The notes under the pieces: generated by a model
What the model saw: the letters and a program-made list of their open reading frames with translations, nothing else
What the model was told of the DNA's origin: nothing
The model's database searches: none
Shown: in pieces, positions 57,001-64,000 of the stretch
Layout of the letters: the number at the start of each line of letters is the position of its first letter
Position numbering within the stretch: position 1 is the stretch's first letter
From: Magallana gigas
Lineage: Eukaryota
Reading direction: 5' to 3'
Assembly: GCF_963853765.1 (NCBI RefSeq)
Contig: NC_088858.1
Span: 39,060,001-39,124,000, forward strand
Length of the DNA stretch: 64,000 bases
Made by a program: the position numbers and the translations under genes

Positions 57001-60000
57001 ACAATCTGATGAAAGCTCATTCTTCAACTGTTACTACAAGAGATGTGTCTTTGTCCAACTTCTGCATAAGAGCAAAAGAAAACTGGAAATTTTTTGTTTG
57101 TTAGAATTTAAACTCTTGATGATAGAAAATCATTAAATAACATTCAAAGAGTACAGAATTTAAATCATATATAATCAATCACATTAATTTGCTAATTGAA
57201 GCTAAATTCTATAATTCTATGGACACAAAGTCACTTAATAACCTCTTCATAACATATACAGCTTCACTAAACAAAATGAAACTGTCATCAATTGAGCACT
57301 CACCTTCAAATCAGCCACGAGTGACCAGCTGCTGACAAAGCTCTCGTTGAGGAGAGCCAGTACGGGCGTACTCTCGAGGGCTGTTTCCCTCAGAGTACGC
57401 CCTGAACCTCAGCAACTCTGATCGTCCAGCGCACCCCAAAGTAAGATGTGGTGCACCAGGCGGTTCTCTTTCTTGGCGACTTCAAATGCGTCCGTGAAGT
57501 TGTAATACACTATCTGCAGTAGTAAGTAGGAAGAGTAAAAAATAGCACTTAACGTCCTAATTGGGGGATTTTTTAAATATTATTTTTCCCATGTTTATGC
57601 ATATCTTGTGTTTGCAATAAGCAATGAACATTTCTTGCATTTTATCATTTACTTTAAGTTTTATAAAGGTGCAATCAAATAGCATTCTACATGTTGTAGC
57701 TCTTTCTAACAAAGAACATTATTAAACTGGCATATACATGTTAAAAGATTATTAATAATATGAAAACCTACAAAACATAAATCAGACCACATAGTCAAAA
57801 ATAGTGGATTGATGTACATGTATCTTACCTTTTTAAATGGATAGAAGGCTATTTCTAGAGTCCTCTCCGCATCATACATGGATATCTCCTTCTTCCACTT
57901 CATGTTCTGGACATTCTTTGCCATGTTCTTATCCTCTGGAAGCTCTTTCTCTTGGAGGTCTTTGGGGACTTTTTTGGATGGACTGGTGATTTGGATCTCC
58001 ATCTGAGGGATAAACCCAATGTCGACCTCCATATTTTCATCAGTCTCTGGACCATTCAGCCATTCCATATCTAAAGCACACAACTCTCAAGTTAGAAAAA
58101 TACTGGCACATGAATATGTACTGGTCAAGAATGGATTTCAAACTTTTTAGATGTATTTGTAGGATAAATGATTATTAAATATTTAAAACAATAAAACGTC
58201 AATTTCATGCTGTCTACAAGCTGGTTGGAATTTTGAATATCTTTTCCTTAACTTTGACAAAATGTTAAGAGCACTTATTTTTCCACATGATATAAATGTA
58301 TAGTATTAGCTTCACTAGAACTCAATGTTCTAAATATTGAGTTTACTTGTGTGAAAATTTTCGAAATTGCTATAATAAACATACCAATATTGAGACGTTT
58401 GTCGGTGGGAACATACATATGGAAGTACTGAATATGGGAGCCACCTCGTGAGATTATCAGATTGCCCTTGAATTGAGCTGGTGTGAACCAAAATGGGTAA
58501 TATGGCGGATCATTCAGTTGAAATTCTGCATGAATCCTACAACAGTTTGAGAAAAACATATGTTAGCAATTATGGTTTTTTTCAATCAAGTAAAATGATC
58601 AAATATGAGAACACAAAATTTTTTTTCAAAGATAAATAAATTGTTAACCAGGAAAAAATATTTTATATTTGAGGTATTATTCCTGCTATCTGCTATCCCC
58701 TGACCCTACCCTCCCCTCAAAACTATTGATTTCCTTTTAAAATTATATATTAAAATTGTATACACAGTAAGGCAGTTACCTGAAGACTATGTCAACATAT
58801 TTGTCATTGAATGCTCTTATAGTGGCCTTGGCCCCTTGAGGAGCAAACCTGGTCCTGAGGAAGGGGCGAGGATGAAACATGGTCAACAATCGATGGATGA
58901 GGACCACTCTATCCTCCACCTTAGGAGGATTATAGCGGTTGCTGGATTTCATTTGCACGTCAAACATAGCAAAAATTCCCTCGTCCATCTTGTAGATGTC
59001 ATATACTTCGCCTACTTTCTCAAGGAGCTGTTTGTCTTCTGGGAAGAAGGCCTGTTTAAAATGTTTGGCCCCATAGTTGTTCCACTCTTGAGTGAGAGAC
59101 GTCCATTTTTTCAGACCAATCAAGGAGTCCATAGAGTCGGACAGGAACTAAGGAGCATGAAAAATACATATCGTTCATGTCACTTCAATCTCATTATTTA
59201 ATAGTGAAATTATTTTCAAACATGTTAAGCATAAATAACCCTCATACTAGTCACATATAAAATGTATATACCGTATTTTCATGAAATTATTTACAGTTCA
59301 TCAAAATGACAGTTTGAAATCATGAACTTTGACCTTTTGTAGTTGTAAAATGGGTCCGGCAAAATCATCTGTATTTTATATGAAAATAAATTTAAACTAT
59401 AGCATAGTTAACAAAACGGTGTGTTACGTTGGCACAATTCCTAAAAAAAAAACACAAATGCAAACCTTATCTTATTCTACCGGTATTTTTAAATATTACA
59501 CAAAATGATTCATATGGGTTTTTCCGTCTATTGCTAGGAGTTTGTGTTTAAAAAGCCCAAGAATTCATATTAGAAAAAATGCAAATAAACCTAAGAAACA
59601 ACTTGCAATGCGAAATTACATTTTGTTGATTTTGAAATATATTAGTAAAATCACAATGAAATCAATGCCCACCAGTACTTCAGTACTTTGATTAAAAAAA
59701 TACTGTTACATGTTATGTAAAATTCATACAGCAAGATGTTGCATCAAAAGGACTGAACAAACAAACCATAAAAGTGAAACATGAGCAGGGTGAAAGTAAA
59801 AAAGCTGAAATTGACACCAACAGATCCTGTTGGCCACAAATCTAAATATATACCAATAAAACGCAACAGCTGTTGCATGGAAACTCAAACAACGGATTGA
59901 CAAAAAAACAAATCATGTTTAAATCACAGCATAGTGTCATGACAAATGCTCTTTCCATTTAAACGGACTAACTGTATTATCAGTACTTTATATAAATAAT

Positions 60001-61061
60001 GTAGCTTTATACCGATTCGTTGAAGTCTTTTGTCATGGTCTCTAGGAGGAGAGGTTTGAAGCTAGCTCTAGCAGTTAGAACTTCGTCGTCTTCATCAATA
60101 AGTTGGGTATACTGAACATTTGCTGTTATCTAAAAGTCAAAGAATACATGGCATTGCATAAAACTGGTTTAAACTGCACATATACACAATATTAGATGGA
60201 CAACTGCAAATTATTAGATGTTTATTTGTTATTAAATGAAGACTGGTGCATAAAACATATAAAGCAGTATACAATAACATATATAATGAACATAAACAGA
60301 TTAAACCAAATGGCAGATTTTAAAGGGTAGCTATTAAATTCATAACTGTCATATAATGATGTCAGTTTTACATTACCGGGTATATTTTTTATAGCCTTAA
60401 TTCAATCTAAAATTTTAAACGGAATTGACAAGGAATGATTAAATTTGAATACCATATACATCGGTATATATGTATATTAACATAGTAATTTGTTAATCCC
60501 GTTATTTCTCAGTTAAAATTATTGCAATGAGACATGTGTCCTTACATTAACCCCGTCTCCTATCAGCCTGTAGTACATTGCTTCATACTCCTCCAGGGAC
60601 AGCTTTCCGTCCATGTCTCGGTCATACTGGCGGAAAAAGTCCACCCCTGCATCCCCGATGACATTCTTCAATCCGGACTCAGAATCCCATGGGATGATGC
60701 CATAGTAGTACTTCCATACCCTGTCTCCAATAAACCCACCCAGGATAACAAAGCCAATGGCCATAATCACCAGAACTGGGTAACAAATCCATTTGGGTAT
60801 GGCAAATATTACCCTATTGGCTGGAATATAAATAACGTCAGGTTGCGGGTAGGGCATTTGTTGTGGCATGGGTTGCTGTTGCTGCTGTGCCGGGGCTTGT
60901 GTTTGTTCAGCATTTGCAACTTCCTGGCCATTTTCCTCTGTAGTTGTTTTATTGTCCTTTTTCTGTTTCTGTCGACCTTGTTTTCTGTTCCTAAGTTCTG
61001 TATCCCCCTCACCCCCTGGGTCAGGGCCGGAGGGCTTCGACAAATCCTCCTTTTTCGGCAT
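53967..61061 (-). CDS. SELENON: Selenoprotein N, with an in-frame UGA (Sec) and two alternative last exons
   Basis: Exon 1 61061-60546 has a TM helix and EF-hand loop [13 protein letters not shown]. Internal exons give [37 protein letters not shown]...[57 protein letters not shown]. All are SelN hallmarks. Confidence 0.96.
54107..54206 (-). CDS. SELENON: SELENON alternative last exon A
   Basis: Acceptor ttttcttaacag, phase matches the TTT GG donor at 56740; encodes (G)[32 protein letters not shown]. Confidence 0.75.
56515..56755 (-). repeat. Four degenerate 61-64-bp tandem copies of the SELENON penultimate exon end and donor
   Basis: GGGGACCTTTGG|GTAAGC (56739), GGTACCTTTGG|GTAAGT (56676), GGGGACCTTTTG|GTAAAC (56612), GCACCTTCTG|GTAAAC (56551). 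Confidence 0.8.
57364..57402 (-). promoter_or_regulatory. Selenocysteine redefinition element (SRE) hairpin
   Basis: GGGCGTACTCT-GAGGG [AAACAG] CCCTC-G-AGAGTACGCCC: 16 Watson-Crick pairs, one bulged G, starting 6 nt after the UGA. Confidence 0.9.
57409..57411 (-). other. SELENON: Selenocysteine codon (TGA) in the SCUG redox motif
   Basis: Minus strand reads CAG AGT TGC TGA GGT TCA GGG CGT, and the frame continues in SelN-like sequence to the donor near 57303. Confidence 0.95.
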
Positions 61062-61409
61062 TTCTACTCCCCAAGGCTAACGTGTCGTCCTCTCCATGGC
61101 TGTTGTCACGTATGCAGAGATAAAACTTCCTGGGACTGCGAAATAACCTCCTCGTTGCTTGCCTAAACAAGTTGACTCGGAACTCCTCGAGCATGAAATT
61201 TGTTTTCATTCATATATATGCAACCTTAGAAAATGGATTGAAACATCAAAACAAAAGAATATTTATTCCAATAACAATTTTATTAAAATTATATGGGATA
61301 AAAATGTATTCTTTTTATTTTTGGCAAATTGTGAAAACGAAAGTATGCGTCATCAGCAATTTCCCTTCGTAACCCACCGCGTGATGCTACTTTCGAAATA
61401 GTCGTTGAC

Positions 61410-62322
61410 ATGAGCATTCGAGCATTATGGATTGTTCCAATAGTTCGTCAAAGTACTGCTGATATCTTGCAAGATAACATAATTTTTACAAGGTATTGTG
61501 TCTTATTACTGCAACAATTGCCTTTAATTATCAAACCAATGTTTACCATGAAAGGGGGCGTATTCCTCAATAAGTATATATATTATCTTCATAAATATTT
61601 ACCTGGAGACTGTCTAGGCTCTTATGTAGCATAAATGATAACAGTCTTATTTACTCTTGATAAGATATTTTTATATCTCAAAACAGTAAATGACAGCTAT
61701 ATAGAAAACCATATGCTGAGAATTTATATAGCTCTGTGCAATACATATAATCTCAACTGAGCTGAAATATCTGTTGAATCATTAGATTTCGCGGTGAATT
61801 AATTTTTGTCGAATTCGTGGGTACCTCTCATCAACGAATTAACATCCTCAGCAAATTAATAAAGTAGGGTTAAAGTCATATTTTCTTTTGCTGACTGTAT
61901 TGGCAGAGAATACACGAAATGACGTCCCCCCGAACATGTACAATTTAAGCAATCCACGAAAATTAGCACCTACGAATTTTAATGGTTCCACAGTATGCAT
62001 TATACAGTACTCCTTTGCAATGAACCAGATGCAGACTGTGTTGAAATATAAGCAGAGTCCCCAAAATATCATGATCAATGTGTGTTAATTTTTAAGTTCT
62101 AGATGTGACAATAACTTATAAAATGTATATAACTTAACTCAACCATGGCAACAGATTAATGTATCATAATAAATTAAAGACAATTTAATGGATGTAACAG
62201 GTATTTTCCACTTATCGAAAAGAAAGTCAAATCAGCAAATGGGGAGGCGTATATATCCTTGCCAAGTCCAACTGAATTTTCCAGTGCACTTCTTTTTGAG
62301 CTAGGATTCAAGGATGAAGAAA

Positions 62323-62404
<82 letters not shown>

Positions 62405-63983
62405 CATTCATTCTGTCCAACACATTCTCACAGTTGAAGATTATTTTGATTGTCATGATATTAAATCAAATTTCATTGAAGTTTATACAATCACGAGACA
62501 CTTGTCAGAAGGTGGAGAGGAAGCCGGTGTTTGAGGTGACCACGCCCGCGGGAACAGTATGGCCGGTTGTGGTGGTGGAGCAGGTATAACATCCTCTATT
62601 GCTGGCTTCAAAAAGATCAATCATAAGGAAACAACCATTTTTTTCATGAGCATATACACATTTCCTCATTGCTCACACAACAAACCTTCACACAATTTTA
62701 TATGTTTGTACATTTATTACATACATGTATGTAGTAGGAAAGGAGGATTGAGCATTTAAATACAATGAAAATATATGACTGGACTGGAGATCGAACCCAG
62801 GACACCTGCAACTCTAGTCAGGAGCTCTACCACTGAGCTACCAAAGCTGATATCCATGTTCCATATAGCCCCAACTACTACACTCACATGCGCGGATCTA
62901 GAGGGGGGTCGGGGGGGTCCCGACCCCCCCTGGAAAATGAAAATTTATTAAATTTACATAGTAAAATTATCGCGAAAATATGCCTCGGACCCCCCCTGGC
63001 AAACACAATTATCCTTCGGACCCCCCCTGGAAAAAATTTCTGGATCCGCGCATGACTCATATATTAAAGATACATTTCTGGTTCTCATATTCATGCTGAG
63101 GAATGCCAGCAGGAGACAAATTTCATAGTTTGGACATGAATTTCTTGTTCATGAATTTATTTTCCTCTTATTTCCCTGTATCATTAGAGGGGCCTGCTAT
63201 TTTGCTGTCTACCCTTGGTCCCTGATAACCTGACCACAAGTCGACCAGATCTCATACAGATGTAAGTGTTCACACAGGGTTTTAGTCAATTTGATAAAAC
63301 TTTGTGAGAGAAGATCTTTTGTATGCCATTATTTCTTTGCTTTAAATTGTGTCTTTTGTTCTGTGTGCAGCAATATTTTTTAAGAAATAGCTTCTTTAAA
63401 AACAGCATTCTTAGTGATGTTTCATTCATCTATGAATAGTTACCGGTAAGTTGTATTTTCTTCAGACCTGGTGTTTCTCTTGGATTTTCCCTGCTCTGTG
63501 GATTGACAGACTTTCTGAGGCAATCCCCACCTTCTGAGGTAGCTCATACCATATGCAAGATAATATTGAAGAAAACATAGTAACAATACTAGATAGGTGG
63601 GTTTTTTTTTTTAAAACCAATTGCATAGAAGTAATTGAATTAAAATTACTAGGTCGCACAAAGGAGTGGAGACTTGCATCTATACCTGAACACAGCAGCT
63701 CCATTCGGAAGAATATCTGATGTCAATTGTGATACTGTGATGGCTAAAATGTCTAACAAACCTAGCTACCTCCCCAGAGCTCAGAAAGTGAGAAACAAAT
63801 CAGTATGAAATGATGTTGTTATAACTAAACATTATTACGTATGCAAAAAATGAGGGGTTTTGGAAGTGGATTTTAATGCTAAAATTATTTTAATACTTAC
63901 AGCAACCTTCTTGGAAACCTGTTCTCCACAAAGGAAAGAATATTCTGTATCTAGCCCTTACAGAAAACATCAGAGCTATCCAG
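61410..63983 (+). CDS. AP5M1: AP-5 complex subunit mu-1 (MUDENG), 5' part; continues beyond the window
   Basis: Exons 61410-61492 (MSIRALWIV...IIFTR), 62201-62324 (YFPLIEKKVKSANGEAYISLP...ALLFELG), 62482-62583 (FIQSRDTCQK...WPVV), then RGLLFCCLPLV, PGVSLGFSLLCGLTDFL, AAPFG, QPSWKPVLHKGK. Colinear with recalled human AP5M1. Confidence 0.88.
61771..61993. mobile_element. MITE, same family as 11598-11815
   Basis: Termini CTGTTGAATCATT / AATGGTTCCACAG followed by TA; shared internal motif. Confidence 0.7.
62326..62400. repeat. (CT)n microsatellite starting at the AP5M1 exon-2 splice donor
   Basis: GAA AAG|GTCTCTCTCT... Confidence 0.95.
62776..62884 (-). mobile_element. tRNA-derived SINE head
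   Basis: Minus strand TAGCTCAGTGGTAGAGC (A box) ... GGGTTCGATCTCC (B box); the acceptor stem is not intact. Confidence 0.65.
62887..63054. mobile_element. MITE with G/C-run interior
   Basis: Perfect TIR CATGCGCGGATC / GATCCGCGCATG; ACTCA on both flanks (possible TSD). Confidence 0.8.
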
Positions 63984-64000
63984 GTACGCTCCTTGTGCTT

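Noticed and set aside
57409-57411. In-frame TGA read as a nonsense mutation or pseudogene
   Set aside because: It sits at the known SelN Sec position (SCUG), with an SRE and a SECIS present and an intact downstream frame.
60534-61166. 210-aa plus-strand ORF and similar ORFs at 45935-46171, 58836-59201, 19851-20147, 23318-23560
   Set aside because: Antisense shadows of real coding exons (SELENON, GTPBP2, DAAM).
62174-62407. ORFs MNERERER... and ...SLSLSL... (also 37617-37844)
   Set aside because: Artefacts of (CT)/(GA) microsatellites.
62776-62884. Functional tRNA gene (also 5861-5950)
   Set aside because: A and B boxes are present but the acceptor and anticodon stems do not pair into a cloverleaf, so these are better explained as SINE heads.

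Overview
AT-rich, intron-rich animal genomic DNA, most likely an oyster (Crassostrea/Magallana-like, inferred from Cg170-like satellite monomers and Helentron-type repeats). I spliced and translated eight conserved genes by hand: ERLEC1 (+, 3' part), PTGR2 (-), NOP53/GLTSCR2 (+), DAAM formin (-), KIF6 (+), GTPBP2 (-), SELENON/selenoprotein N (-) and AP5M1 (+, 5' part). Introns carry MITEs, Helentron-like elements, tRNA-derived SINE remnants, a LINE 3' fragment and mini/microsatellites. The SELENON locus is the most interesting. It has an in-frame SC-TGA-G selenocysteine codon, a near-perfect 16-bp SRE hairpin 6 nt downstream, and a type II SECIS in the 3' UTR. It also has two tandem, homologous alternative last coding exons sharing that SECIS, four degenerate copies of the preceding splice donor, and an in-frame uORF in strong Kozak context. 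Other observations: 13 tandem copies of a KIF6 exon end plus splice donor, only 45 bp between the divergent PTGR2 and NOP53 start codons, and a DAAM/KIF6 head-to-head pair as in human DAAM2/KIF6. All gene calls rest on manual translation and recalled homolog sequences; no searches were run.
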